Below are positions 37,076-51,400 of a stretch of 64,000 bases of DNA, piece after piece. The translations under genes were made by a program, and so were the position numbers. Below the pieces are notes generated by a model. That model saw nothing but the letters and a program-made list of their open reading frames with translations. It had not been told where the DNA came from and made no database searches. The stretch is from Trichoplax adhaerens. Lineage: Eukaryota > Animalia > Placozoa. Location: NCBI RefSeq assembly GCF_000150275.1, contig NW_002060958.1, positions 1,444,088 through 1,508,087 on the forward strand, given 5' to 3'. Position 1 is the first letter of the stretch. Every line of letters begins with the position of its first letter.

Positions 37076-40038
37076 GACTCGGACTCTGGGAGCGAGTGTC
37101 ACGTTGTTCAACGTGAATTTTCCCCCAGTCCTACTGTCCTACTGTGGGTGGATAAGCTGATGTTTCAATCCCCAGTACTGTTAGTACGCTGTAGAAAAAG
37201 AGAAACGCTTTTATTTTTGCCTATGGACTGTACTATCCAGTAGTATTGCACAGTGTCTTCAACCAACGCTTTCATTCCAGGGTGTCCTAAAATAGATTTT
37301 GACGACATCGCTAATCTACAGTACGTCGAGTACAGTACAGTGACAATACAATTGCACTGAAGAGAGTGCTGTACTGTACAGTACACTGTACTGTACAGTG
37401 TACAGTATACAGTACCTTGCATATTGTACTGTACTGTACCATGAAAAGAGGAATGGACAAGTGGACAATATAATGACAATACTGTACCATATTGAACTGA
37501 CGAGAGTATACTGTACGCCTATTGCATATTGTGCCATGGAAAAGAGTAACCTGGGTAAGTGGGTATCCCTTTGGGAAAATAAAACCAACCTCTACAGAAC
37601 TGTGCAATGGCACAGTTTACACTATCAAAATGATTGTACGATGTACAGTACAGCAATGTTATTCTTGTAGCAGATAGGTTAATAAAAGTAGAAATGAAAT
37701 TTGCTGCTATCTATTGTATGTCATATACAGTATATCCAATAGAAGCATTTCTATACAGACACAGTAAAGGCAAAAACTGGACGTGCACGAGTAGTCCACA
37801 AGCATGGTAGTAAGACCGCAAAGGACAGCACTACAGTACAGTGCACAGTACAGTCTTAACAGTGTACCGTACAATGTACTGTAACACGGGAAGTAGAATG
37901 AGAGGAAATAGTGCGGCCTGATTCATTGCCATGGCACCCTCCAAAAATAAAATGGTCTAGGTGAAATCAAGACTAAACTACCGGTATAGAGAGATAGTAT
38001 ATAGGAATTTCAACGGAATACAACTGGGATCTTTTAACGAAGGGGGTAACATCGAAAAGAAGCAGACTGTAGAGATACTGTACAATATACAGTACAGTGC
38101 ATGACTGTGTGCTACGGAAATATCAAACCGACAAGGATGGAAGATTAGTCGGAATTTTACTATACAGTTCAAAGACGAGAATGATAGCACGGTATGTCCA
38201 GTTGGTTTCAAAATACACATTGCAAGAAGCAATGAAGGATGACAGTTGTACAGTAGTCACTGGATGGCATATCGGCATACAGTACCTTGTTAAAGACTAA
38301 TATCGACATTTTCAACAAGTGTATAGTAGTTACTAGCAAATCAATCCTGTCCATCAATCAATCACGGAATTGATTCACCAGTCCACGGTATAACGTATTT
38401 TATCCCCCTATGATAACGAATGCATTGCAGTTTGCATCTTTATGTGCAAATAGGTATCAATCCTACCTATGTAATGTCCATTTCCACTGTACTGTCTATG
38501 ATACTACATCAACTTCCTGATGTTTTACAAGCCAGTACAATCAACTTGATTTTGAATCCAAATTCTTCACAGTCCTATCCATGTCCTGTTGTAGCGTCAT
38601 CAAATACAATTTACCAACTGTAAAAGTAGGAAATAATTATTTCCCTAATTATTTTTCTCTACTTGAACTGAATGTTGCTTAGCACCAATGGAAAAAAGCT
38701 CTTCGTTGACAGCCTTTCAAATCTACTCAGTTCACAAATGGCAGCATTATGTACAAGCAAAAGCGATAGCAAAAATAATGTCACTAATGCATGCTATAGT
38801 CTACTAGTACTTTACTGCCCTCCATTGAAAAATCAACGAATGCATGACATCATTTTTGTTTACTTGCCTTACTGCTAGGAATAATGAAGTGTAAACGCAG
38901 ACTAACTACTGGTTTAGTAGTAGAGTATTAGTGGTTTTTACTCAGCTGATGGGCGCATCCATAAGAGCGAGTAAATTCCTTTTTCATCTGTTATGTAAAT
39001 ATCTGCGAGTGCACAACGGCTAAGAAAGCTGCAAACCCAATTCAACGATTTAATCCTCATCGATCGTATCCTAATGTGCTCTCTATAGCTATCAGCTCTA
39101 CTGGATATCACGACAGTCGTTTAAAGTAGCTCAAATATCCATTGGAATAGTGATTCTAGCCGGGCCAAGACTGATTGAGCAGGCACACATACGATTATCC
39201 GGATAGTGCTATCGTTATCCGGATCAATTTTAAAAACTTTCATCAACAGAGAATTGATTTTACCAGTTTGGAGAATTGCAAGTAAATATCAAAATCAACG
39301 CGTTCAAGGGACTTTTCGCCCAGGTTAGATTAGTCACGAGTACACTTAGCAATACGCGTAGATCCTAATCTTGAAAGTAGACGTTGCTATCGAATACATT
39401 AAAATTCTAGCTTATAAACTGTTCCAGTAATTGACATCATTTCAAGTATCAAAATAAAACTTTCAACATGTACCAATCGTTGGTTAATGGATGAATGATC
39501 AATTAGTAGTACTGTACAATCGAAATAGTATCCAGTGGTTGTACTCTTTACCATGATTCAATATCGATGATAAACGGCTAAAACTCGCCATCAAAGGTTC
39601 ATTTCTTGCGGTAACATCATACTGTAAACTGTGATCACGGTCCTCTCAGCCTATCCTCAACCGGTATTTTTACAGTATTGATCGGCGAAACAGATTTCAA
39701 CAGGAATAATTAATCATCTAACATTGAATGTATTTTCCCATGCTTAAGTTAATGCAATCGTATACTAATCCATTAAGTAGTTGAGTATTGTTATTATACT
39801 ATCTACAGACTGCGATTGATCCACTCCTGTCGATATGTTGTACAAGTTATAAACTCTCCAACAGTTAATTAAGGAGTTATAATATTGTATACAGTATAAC
39901 TGTCAAGCACACTCGATATTAGTTAGCGATTCAATTCAATACAGTCTGAAGACAAAATTAATTATAAATCGTAAATCACTATACTAGTCGTTTGCGATGA
40001 AGTACTAATCTGCTTACACTGATTGATACTTTTACAGG

Positions 40039-41897
40039 ATGTCGACGGTAAGGCGAGAACAAAGTGATCAGTCCGTTAACGATTCAAGGTTAGTAGAACA
40101 CGACAATAAAGTAACCAGTAGTGTAGGAAAAAGCAGTTGTGATAGAACAAATTATCGATAAATAACATCGTTATCAGATTATATTAATAGACTAACTGTT
40201 ATCAATAAATTTTATATATTGTTTCAAATACGTAATGTCATGTAGGCCCCAGTCTAGAAGTAGTCTACCGAACGGAATCGAGCAGGTATATAGATATTAC
40301 TACTCGTAAAAAAAACAATTCCGTATCGTATGTACAAAGTTGAGTCTTGCAATACTTTGCTATAGAACATCACTTTATAATTATTTCTAAGAGATAAATA
40401 TCAATCACCGTTTCATTCCGTGTTGGCTGAAATGTTTATTTCTAATAATCCTATTACCATTCCGACTCAAAGTATTATTATACCGCGTTTGACGTGAATG
40501 CAAGCGTACAACGCGAAAGGTCTAGCAATCGTTTCTTATTTTAGGGTTTTTGTTTTTTCTTCAGAGACGACCAAAGTCTGGCCAATTAGAAATACTACCA
40601 CCAGATGGTAACAAATTTTACAAATATCTAAATAAGCATCTACTTCATCGACGCTATACAGAATTTTTACTATCGTAGATATGTTCACCCCAAAATTTGA
40701 AGTCATACAATAATTTGTTATAACGTTACATAGATTTATTTCAATCTTCTCAACCTAAATTGCTTAACAAGCTCAACCCTTATGTCATAAATTAATGTAC
40801 ATAGCGCCGCACTATAAAAGATTATACAGTATTATTGTACAGAATCTCATTCCTTAAAACGATGAAGAATCATTGGGTAGTTATCTACGGTAGCTTAAAG
40901 TACGGTAGCATACTTACTTTAAACGTAATATGAATTTGTAGTTACTTTAGCACCTCATTGCACCTAAAAATCAATCTCTGTATTGAATATCTCAAAGCCG
41001 AAAATGATTGATTCATTAGACGTACAAACAAAGACACTGGTTTCTTTTCATACCAAATCTAGATGAAAAAGTAAACGAAGTATGCGAGCAATTAAGTGAA
41101 ACTGAACTGTCCGATGCTTCTTTGTCTGATGATTCTGCATCTGACGATGATTCTGCATCTGATATTGGGAATACTTCAAGCGCCTCTAATGGTATCCAAA
41201 ATAACCATGTCAATTACAGAAATCAAAATGGTACTGTCATGACATCCGGACTAGATCAACAACAATCGCCTCTAGAACTCATCAGCGATGTATGTCTATA
41301 TAACTGTAAAGAAATTGATACACGATAAAAACTGTATGTTATCCTTTAATCATAATGAATATTTCTTGTAGTTTTTGTTACAAATTATGAAAAGTAACGA
41401 TGAGGAGATTCACTATATGTTACCCCTTAATAATATTTCATATTTCTTGTAGTTCTTATTACAAATTATGAATGGTAACTATGAGGAGGCTCAAAGGCTA
41501 TGCGAGCAAAGTAAGTACTGTACTTATAAGTGCAAATGATAATGTACGCCCGTATGTCTAGTTTATATAATGTTATATCCAAGCCTACAATACATTAATA
41601 GTAACTTCTCGTGCTTGGATACGAAACAACTAAAATTGTTATAAAGATGTCTATTTTGATATCATCATACGCGTAATATTATTACTATCGAAAATTTGTT
41701 TAGTTTTAGAGGTTGAACCCGACAACCAAACATGCCTTGAATATCGAGAAGTATTGAAAGAAAGAATTCAACTTGGTTAGTTGAGTGGTGTCAATTATAA
41801 ATTATTAAATGATCTTAATTGTGAAATGCGCTATTTCAATTCGATTACTTTTGTAGACATTGAACCAAGTGATGAAGATACTGAAGAATCGGATAAC

Positions 41898-41934
<37 letters not shown>

Positions 41935-42149
41935 GTAGTAGTTTGGTTACCTCATCTGATGAAGTCGACGATAGTTTAAGCGACTATGATACGGACGATC
42001 TTAGTGATGAAGAAACTTCAACATCAGACTCTGAAAGTAGTCCTAACACTAAAAGTAACAAAATTCGGCGTCCGACACCAGCAGTCCATGTTAATGTGAA
42101 AGATAGTAATAGCAAATCAAAGTATGAGCCAACCTTTCTGACAGTGTAA
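40039..42149 (+). CDS. ERICH2: Glutamate-rich protein 2-like (single TPR-like helix pair followed by an acidic tail)
   Basis: Phase-consistent exons at about 40039-40088, 40246-40285, 40565-40607, 41063-41289, 41453-41510, 41704-41775, 41857-42149. The core SPLELISDFLLQIMNGNYEEAQRLCEQILEVEPDNQTCLEY resembles the ERICH2 core as I recall it (PLEL..EFL...M...Y..A.KLC..IL..EP.N). The 3' end is uncertain because a donor at ~42122 could add one more short exon. Confidence 0.75.
41898..41933 (+). repeat. (GAT)12 coding microsatellite (poly-Asp) in the ERICH2-like gene
   Basis: Perfect GAT run encoding 12 Asp. Confidence 0.95.
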
Positions 42150-45100
42150 CATCTGTTTTGTTTTGTTTGTATTTAATGAGCTGTTAAGGATAAATTTTTT
42201 TATCATGCTCTCCAATACTTAACTATCAATTTATTGATAGCGTTTGTACAAAATTCAATGCTGTAAACATCTAATCAAGTATATTTTCATTTTTATATCA
42301 ATCTACCATAATTAAAATTATGGATTCTATCTATTCCCCCTATAACTTGCAATGTATAGAGATATAGGCTTATGCAATAGTAAGGTTAAGCAATCTTCCA
42401 TTAGTATTAAGTCAATTCAACTTTATCTAATCAAACTGATATCACAAGCCTATATCCTAAAACTATGAGTGCCTGATACAGTGGCAGTTATGCAAAATAA
42501 ATAAATGTATCAGGCATAGAAATCTCTATTGTTGTATTGAACTTCTGATCCTGATATTATAAACAATAAAGTTTAGTACTGAATATGACACGATAACAAT
42601 CTACAGTAAACGTCAAAAATGCTTCTAATATTCAAGTCTCGTGTTTCATTTATGAAAAGGATCTTCTTTTATCAATTGAAATTTATTGCAAAACAGTATA
42701 TAGACGTACAGTAGCAAATTAGTGAAAAAAGGTATGATAAAATTTTTCCATTGGAGAATGAAGCAATTTATCATTGGTGAAATATGCTGTTCATTTTGAA
42801 AGCCATAAATAGATTATAGTCATATTTTTAAATTCATTTCTTATCTAACAGAAGACGTAGAATATTGTTAAAATGTCACAGTTCATTTTAACCCAACGAT
42901 GTAAAATCGTCTATAAAAGTTAACCTATGACCTATCGAATATAATGAACGGCGCCATATTTATATTTAGCCTTAAAATTACTCAGTTATGCGATCATCTA
43001 GATACTTTGTAGGAATAGCGTAATATTCATTTAGTTTAGAATCAACTTCGATTAAATTGAATAGAAATCAGGTCAGGAAATGATTTTGTTTATCAATAGG
43101 TATTTTATGCACAGATGACCATGAAATCCTGAACATATTATACGTATGAATACACGCAGGCAACACCCCTCTAATTTTATTGTTCTCTACTATAGGCAGA
43201 AAGATAGAAAAAATTTATATATAAAACGTTGGGTTACACGATTACGCAAGAGAATTAAATCTTATTTTAATTAAAATCCAGAGTGAAAGGATAAATGTAG
43301 CAGAAACTTTCAAGTAATAGCAATATACGTAGAATATACTAGCCGAATTAATGTCCAATCATTGCCATCTATATATCCAACTTTGCAGGACAGGATATCT
43401 AAAACAATAACGAGAGCATACAAATACACTGTGAAGATAATATTCGGTGATCTTAATTAGTGCTAAACAAACTTCTCTATTATCAGCAAACAAAGGTAAA
43501 ACAGTCAAGAAAATGAATAATAAAATTACTTAGTATGCAATAAAATCGTTAATATCAAGACTACTGAATTTATTGTACTCAGTTTTTATCAGCACCTTTT
43601 AAGAGTCCTTCATATGGCTATAAATATATATAATTACCTCGAGTTAAAACGAAGCAGATAATAAAAAATATTTCAATACACACACGTGATATAAAAAAGC
43701 TTTCGAAGTTAAAGCAAAAGGAAATAAAGAAACTCTAAGGGCAGAAATCTCTTATTTTCATTGAAAGTAATGAAAGTTAACGTTTTCAGAACTTTTCCAA
43801 TTCTAGTTATGTGTACAAGTGCTAGAAACAAAGAAACCCAGTAAAAACGAGCTTGATTGAATCTGTTCACAAGAGAATATTTTTAATATCTGAAATCTTC
43901 CCTATTTAAAATTCATATCCCATTGAATAGTTTCTTCTATTACTATCGGATTTAAAAAAAAATTATTGTATAGAAGACATTTTCCCACGATACATCATTG
44001 TTACGTAGTAAACGATATCAAACTGAGCCTGAGACATATATACGAGTACATATATAAAGCACAGCAGAAGACTTAAATAACGATGAAATAGCCTACAATG
44101 ACTATAGAACGTATAAAATATACTTAAAAGTCGATACTTGATGACCATACTACAGATATTAAGTACTGACGAAATGTAGCTTCTATAACATTTTAAAATA
44201 ATTATACGTGGCTTATTTCGAATTAGAAATTCAAACAAACAGGTCTAGATGAATTAATAGTTAGATAAGGCCATAGTAAATATTTTGGAATAATGTGCAA
44301 TCTTAATAAGGGCAAGAATAAAGCTAACAGCAGTGATTTAAAAAAAACTGAATATTATAATGATCGTACAAGCAATAATCTATTCTCAATATCTGATATG
44401 TGATCAGCATGTCAGAGTGAAATTCTTTGTATCAGCGGCATTTAAATTGATTATTACTTAAATTTTACTATTTACTCATTATCAGCCCCTAATACTGTAT
44501 AATGCACCTTAAGTAGTTTTCATGTTACAGAGATCGTTGCAGCATCAAATTAAAAAGCCAATTTTACATAATGTATTCGTCGTCACGAATTAATTTATAA
44601 AGTCATTTCAATCACAAAAAAATTCTTGATCAAAAGAATTATCTAGACATTAATACATAGGTACATATTGCAGGAATTTCAATATTTATATTGAAAGAAT
44701 AATTACCTTAAAAGGTAATACATTATTGCATAATTAGCATTTAAAAGAATCGAAGAATGCATCGTTAAATATATATTATCTCACGTAATATTCAAATCAA
44801 AAAATAAAATCCGACTCGACATTACAGTATAACTCCCTCTGCATTAGTTCAGGACATTGAACACCTTGCCTATTATAAATAAATACTTTCAATTATGTGG
44901 ATGCTACACTTATAATTAACAACGCATAGTAATATCATTTCATAATGGTTTAAGAACTAGCAATTGCATCAAATTTATACCGATACAAAATATTATGAGA
45001 CTAGATGCTCGAAATAAATGAAGAATAAATACAATACTTGTTAATACCTTAACAGATTAAAGTTTCTACTTTGAATTAAACATTATGGCTCATAAAATCT

Positions 45101-47194
45101 TATCATAAATTGTTTAGTGCCGGTACTGTAAAAAATTGGGACATCATAATAGCCCAGAAAATTACACATTCGATATAAAGTTGATACATTATTTAACTTA
45201 ACATTGCATATATATAGATAGATTTGATATAGAGGCCAAGTCAAAGTATCCGCATGTAGCGGTAAATCAGGAATCGAAATACTGCAGTAGTTCGACTACT
45301 GTAATACGTTACCTTATGTAATAATCAATTGACTGATCTACTACTAATTTAAAAATACATTGTTCTATTAACGTAAAAGAAAATATCAAAACATTTTAGC
45401 TAGCATTTTATATAAAACACTATTACCAACTTAGAAATAACTGATAATGTTAGGTAAGACAGAATGGAATAAAGAAATAGGTAACTTGCAATCGATATTA
45501 AAACTGATGGCATATTACTTCCAATATTGGATAGAAAGTCAAGTTGCGTATAAATAAATGCCTTAATATGACAATATTAGGAAGTGCTTTTTCTATGTTC
45601 GTCTCACTAATAATTACTGTAACGATGCTAATATCGTACATTAATTATAGAATAATAGACCATATTTCCTAATTAATATGTCGTTAACAATAAATTACTA
45701 AGCTATATTAGAAAGTAGTAACTTAAATTTGTCACGTAGTGCCATTTAATGGATATTAATCAGCGTAAATTTAAGGTATTTCGAAACACTGGCCATAGAT
45801 TGAATTCAAAGTCGACGTACTGGCAACATCAATCACTATGCCACATTAAAAGGCTATAACTCGATATTTATCCAATTACTGTTGCCTAAACTTTAAAAGT
45901 ATATAATTACTATAATACATTGGATCATGTTTTCAAGACCTGCAAACATCAAGAGCTAATTATGATTATTACTAAGCTATGTACATACTAGAAGATTTAT
46001 TTTACATTTAACATTAATACACATATCTATGTGATATCGGAAAGAGTAAGCTACACGCATCGTGAATCAGTTGATAGTTTCACAAGGATGAAATGTCTGC
46101 AATCAAAAATTCCAGACCACTATTAGAACAGTACATATTCTGCGTAACTAGGTACTATCATTACGTAAGGAATATGAAAATAGTATACATCTCATAAAAT
46201 ACTGGATCGTACAAATCTCATAGAGTAATAATCAATCATTACCCATAAATAGAAGATGTCTGCTCTCTATTTTCAGTACTAGTTTCTACTAGATATCAAC
46301 AGGGTAAAGCATGCGTATTTATCCTGAAATACTGTATGATACTTCAAGGTTGACATTACAGTAATAATCAATTTTCTAAACTATACGAATTAGGAGATAT
46401 CTAATCCACATTTACTATATTGCTTCTTCATCAAAATTGGCACAGTTGACGCGAAATAATAAATCATATTTCAAAAGTCAATACTTTAACAACAATAATC
46501 TCCAAGACATATTAGAATGAATCAACTTTGTCATCAAGATACTAATACCGAAAAATTACAAGGGTATTCATTCACCACAAAGCCAAATTTCAAAACCAAC
46601 ACACCAGTAATACTCTAATTACTTTCCCAAGTTAGAGGAGTTCGATTCCTTCAACAGATACGTATATTACTATTTAACAGGATTTTAAAGAATCGTATTC
46701 TTTACCCTTAAAATCTTTATGTTCGTAACTATAATGAATTGTTTCAATTTATTTCGTAACGAAACTTTCTCATAATTATGCCAGAAATTAGAAATGAAAT
46801 TGCATTGATTTAATATATCAGTAACTTTAGTCAGATAAATGTTAAAAACGTCACAGTCCGTAAATTAGCAATGCAAAATATCAAATCATTCTTAAATTGT
46901 AAAAAGACAGGAGATGTTTTTAATATAGTTTATTTTGTTAGTATCTATGATATAATTACATCTTGCAGCATTTATTTAATCAATATAAACATATAGAACA
47001 AACAATAATTCATGTAGAGAAATTTAATTTCATCTTGTAGGAACTATAAAGTAATCAGCTAGATTTCCCAAACATTTATATCATAAGCAATAGAAATTGC
47101 CTTAACCCATTTATTATAGAATTAATTAATGTAATAATGATAATAATCGATTTCGATCGAATGTTTTGCAGCAACTGTACGCAATAATATTAAT

Positions 47195-47336
47195 TAGTGT
47201 TATACATAACTTAACTTTATAATTTCAAATACTCTACAACGATAGTGTCAAGATTTATGATACAGTAGTGTTGTACATAACTTAACTTTATAATTCCATA
47301 TACTCTACAACGATAGTGTCAAGATTTATGATACAG
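47195..47336. repeat. 71-bp direct tandem duplication just downstream of the GPCR stop
   Basis: TAGTGTT(A/G)TACATAACTTAACTTTATAATT...GATTTATGATACAG at 47195 and 47266, about 3 mismatches. Confidence 0.9.
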
Positions 47337-47403
47337 AATTAGTATAAGTTAATGGAGTTCATCGCGCAGTATGTCAGCAAATATATAGAAAATAAGCGTA
47401 TAA

Positions 47404-48495
47404 TTATGCTTCTTGAATGTAAATATTAATCTTCCTTTTTCGATAGCATAACCAATTAACATTGGAATCTTCATCATGAGTAAAGCAGACACAGCTATAA
47501 AGGGAGCAATGCTGCGTCCAACGTGTTATTAATTCAGTCACACCTTCGCGAAAATTGCGATTTAATGCGCCGTACATCATAGGATTAATGCTAATACTAC
47601 TAAAAGCTAACAAATAAACAGCTAATTCAGCTGATTTTTGATTACCAAACAGAGATGAATCCAAGAGCATAACAACAATTAATGGTAACCAAAGAACCCA
47701 ATTAACAAAGACAACAACTAATAACGTGTATGTAACCTGTTTATCAATAGTATTATGAGGATGATAACTTCGCCGCCTAGGACTATATGAATTAACTGGC
47801 AATGCTGTATCATTATTATCCGACATTGGCGATATTTTATGCCTCCATTGAGATTTAGGATTTTTATAAAGTAAACATAATATTCGAATAGCTAGGATAA
47901 AAACAGTCAGAAATGGAAGAATTAACGTAATAATGATATCGATAAAACGAAAAGCACCCAATGGTTTGATAGTACAAAAACCAACCGCGTGGTTATACTC
48001 ATAGCTACTAATAGATTCAAAAAAGGGCAATACAGCCATGATAATCGATTGACTCCAGACATAAGTAATCAAGATGAAAAATCGCTTCTTATTAATTAAA
48101 CGTGTATAGGTCATAGGGTATTTTATAGAATAGTAACGTATATAACTTATTACAGTTAACGTTAAAATAGCTACATTAAATAAAACGACAATGAGAAAAC
48201 CTATGGCATCACATGAATAATTGCCTGATGTCGAATTACCAAAAATCCATTGACCACTGATTAATGATGGTGGTATAAATGCTGTAACGATAATGGATGC
48301 TATAAAATGGCATACTGCGATATTGATGATAAAAGCATTGGTATATGTGTATAATTGCTGATTTCGAGCTACGACGTAGAAAACTAAGAGGTTGCCACAA
48401 AATGCAATCATCGACACTAAGATGATAAAGATTACACTTGTGATTGTTGAGCCATTCACAGCAACCAATTTAACGGCTGATTCGTGAGTAACCAT
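47404..48495 (-). CDS. Intronless rhodopsin-like (class A) orphan GPCR, 363 aa
   Basis: Seven hydrophobic segments; TM1 GN, ECL1 W.FG, C3.25 (YSCD) and ECL2 Cys (GFCT), TM3 SYIRY, TM4 W, TM5 LPF, TM6 WLP, TM7 NPMMY, helix 8 NRNFR, Cys-rich tail, N-terminal NGS sequon. Confidence 0.95.
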   Translation of the reverse strand: MVTHESAVKLVAVNGSTITSVIFIILVSMIAFCGNLLVFYVVARNQQLYTYTNAFIINIAVCHFIASIIVTAFIPPSLISGQWIFGNSTSGNYSCDAIGFLIVVLFNVAILTLTVISYIRYYSIKYPMTYTRLINKKRFFILITYVWSQSIIMAVLPFFESISSYEYNHAVGFCTIKPLGAFRFIDIIITLILPFLTVFILAIRILCLLYKNPKSQWRHKISPMSDNNDTALPVNSYSPRRRSYHPHNTIDKQVTYTLLVVVFVNWVLWLPLIVVMLLDSSLFGNQKSAELAVYLLAFSSISINPMMYGALNRNFREGVTELITRWTQHCSLYSCVCFTHDEDSNVNWLCYRKRKINIYIQEA

Positions 48496-51400
48496 TGGGT
48501 ATTAATGATTTTGACAAATGGATCAGCTATAAGTGAAAGAATACCAAATTTAGATAATTAGACCATATAAAGGTTGGTAATGATGCTGCTCTACCAGTTT
48601 AATAAGAACTTGTATAGGCGTATACCCAATTTCCTTGTCGGTTGATATTTTCCGATTATAAGAAGATCATGGAATACCAAATTATGGCATATAATAAAAA
48701 CAAGACTTGACAATAATATTCTTACGTATCTGTTTGGTTGATAAATTTTCTCTTGATAGCTTGTGTGCAATGGAATTATTGAAATAATGATCAATTAATC
48801 ATGCACTGATTGTGAATACCATTAGCACCTTTCTGGCTCTAATTTATTCTGGCTACGATATTCTATTCGTTAATTTGTTCGCAAAAGTAACAGCATCCAA
48901 ATTCTGTTAACGTTAACAGTTAGCTAACGATCGTGAGTGATCAAGTAAGCAATTCTGGTCATACCTTAACAGAGAGATTATTCTGGACCATATATTTTCA
49001 TTCTATTAAACCAGATGATAACTTAGAAAATCTTATTGTCTTTAAATCTAATTCTTTTCTCTCAATCAAACTGAGAAAAACGCCAATGTAACCTCTACCA
49101 AATATTCTATGTTTAATTGCTACTTAATAATTTTGAAATAGCATCCTATGCCAAGCATACGGCATGTAAATCTTTCGAAATAATAGTAATATCTTTTCTA
49201 TACGGTACAATTCTAGGTTGAAGCCACTATAATTATTATCCTATTGATTTTTTCTAAATCACGATAATGATGCTTAGGAATGGTTCGTATCAATTCGAAG
49301 GGAAATTTTTACCCAGCTAGTTGCTGTATTTCTGAAATCAGAAATGGAAAAAAATCAATCATTTGAATTACTTCATAAAAATGAATCCATTCATTACTAG
49401 GTAATAGTTTGGCTATATTTAACCAAATTTGGATTATAATATTCTATTTTTGTTGTTTCTTAATTAAATAAGATGTTTAATGTAATGTTTATAACTCATT
49501 TATGCGACAATTGATTTCATTTTCTCCTCCAAGCATAATTTTTCAGGTGGCTGAACATAAATGAATATATTTTGGTTCGATATGAATAGTTTTAAATTAT
49601 TAAAGACAGTAAAGAAACTTGAGTATCTAACTTCCTACCAGAAAACCAATTATAGGAGCTCTACCGTAATTGCTCTTCATCGATTATTAAAACTTAAATT
49701 CTATTTAAGCAGCTATACATTGAGATTCTTATTTCTGAACTAAAAAATTTATGATACCAATATGATATTATAATTCTATTTTGGCAGCCGCACATTGAAA
49801 TCCTTATTTGTAAAACGAAAATCTGTGATAATAAATGTATAACAAACGGGACACATTCTATTATACTATAGATCTACTCGTCTTTGACGACAATAGTACC
49901 ATTATAATTCTGCATCGACGATGGCGTTGTACTTGAGATTATTATTCCTAACTGGATATAGCTCTGCTCGCTTTGGTTAAAATAAGGCGATTAGAATTAT
50001 AGTAGCGGCGATGCCACTGTACTTGAGATTATTACTCCTAGCTAGGATATTAATCGATCATACGGGGATGAATCTATTCTGCATCCTCACTAGCTCTATT
50101 AATAATAGATGGTGTGCCCTCATCCTAATTATATATCGGCAACGAATAACTAGCATTTCCTTTATTTGTTATAAGTGCATCAATCTCGTAACAGAAATTG
50201 TTGTAATCCTCCAATTTTAGTTAATTCGCATTAATAGGATTTGATATCGGTCATAAAAAAAACTAGCATTTCCTTGTTTGCCATAAGTGCATCAGTCTCG
50301 TAAGGGAACACTGATAATCCTCCACTTTATCGAGAAAGGCTAGCTGACTTATTATTTCACAATCTTTTTAATTATTAAGTTTCTGTCGGTATTTTTAATC
50401 CGTGATTTAACGAGGTGCATTTTCATACCCGATATTTATTCCCTTTCTATTCAACTAGCTATAAGCTCTTCATAAAATAGCGTTGTAAGAAATGACTTCT
50501 TTCAGTCAGATAAAGAAGTTAAATTTATACAAATCTAGAACGGAAAAGAGGAAGCTTTATCTATTAGGATTGCTAATAAGCTTATTTTGGTAAGTTTACA
50601 CTTATGACTTGAAAGCGTTTCAATTGGCTACGAAAATAGGAGAGCTTTATTTTCTAATGGGACTTCAATCATTAGATAGAAAAATAACCATGTTTGCTCC
50701 TTTCTACTATAGATCATTACGTAAATGCTATACATCAATGCCATTATTTATTAAGCAATGACGTGGATAATTATTTGCTCAAATGGAAATTCAATAAAGA
50801 TGCGGCGAACAGGAATACAGTTCAAAAACAATTGATCGGATAATAATGTAAGGCCTAAGTGGCAAAATTGAACGTGAAAGCATAGTCATTATCAAGTAGC
50901 CTTTTCCAGTCTAAATTAATATGGATCCCATTGAGTTGATTTTACTGCAGTTTATTAATCCGTTGAATCGCAATACGATGATCTCTATGAGTTGGTTGGA
51001 CCGTAACTTATTAAAATAAGACGAAGCCGGTTCGTTAGGCATTACGATTCAATTAAATTGATGAACAATCTCAGCCATAATGTTTAACTCAAGATCACGA
51101 CGAAATCATTATCTCGCAGCGATTGGTTTAAAATTCTGCTAGCTTGCTAATATTAATTAATCGGAAAGCATATTCAACGATTAGTGCAATAAACGATACC
51201 AGAAAACAAATTCTAACTTGGTAGATTTCGAATCTTTAAGTTGTTTAGCAGATTTTGATGTGTCAGCAAGATAGAGCTTTTAACATGAAAACATAATACT
51301 GGCCAATTTGGATAACAAGACAAGGATTTTACCATCGATTTTCCCATACTCGTCGATGTCATTTTTTCGTCTCAGAATTAGTTATTATTGTTAATTTTAT

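Noticed and set aside
37925-37938. RFX X-box-like ATTGCCATGGCACC upstream of ERICH2-like
   Set aside because: Both terminal half-sites deviate from consensus and it is ~2 kb from the ATG.
35145-38300. Many 60-105 aa Tyr/Cys/Thr/Val-rich ORFs on both strands
   Set aside because: By-products of stop-poor TACAGTA/TACTGTA islands.
47404-48495. Opsin
   Set aside because: Position 7.43, counted back from NPMMY, is Phe rather than the retinal-binding Lys.
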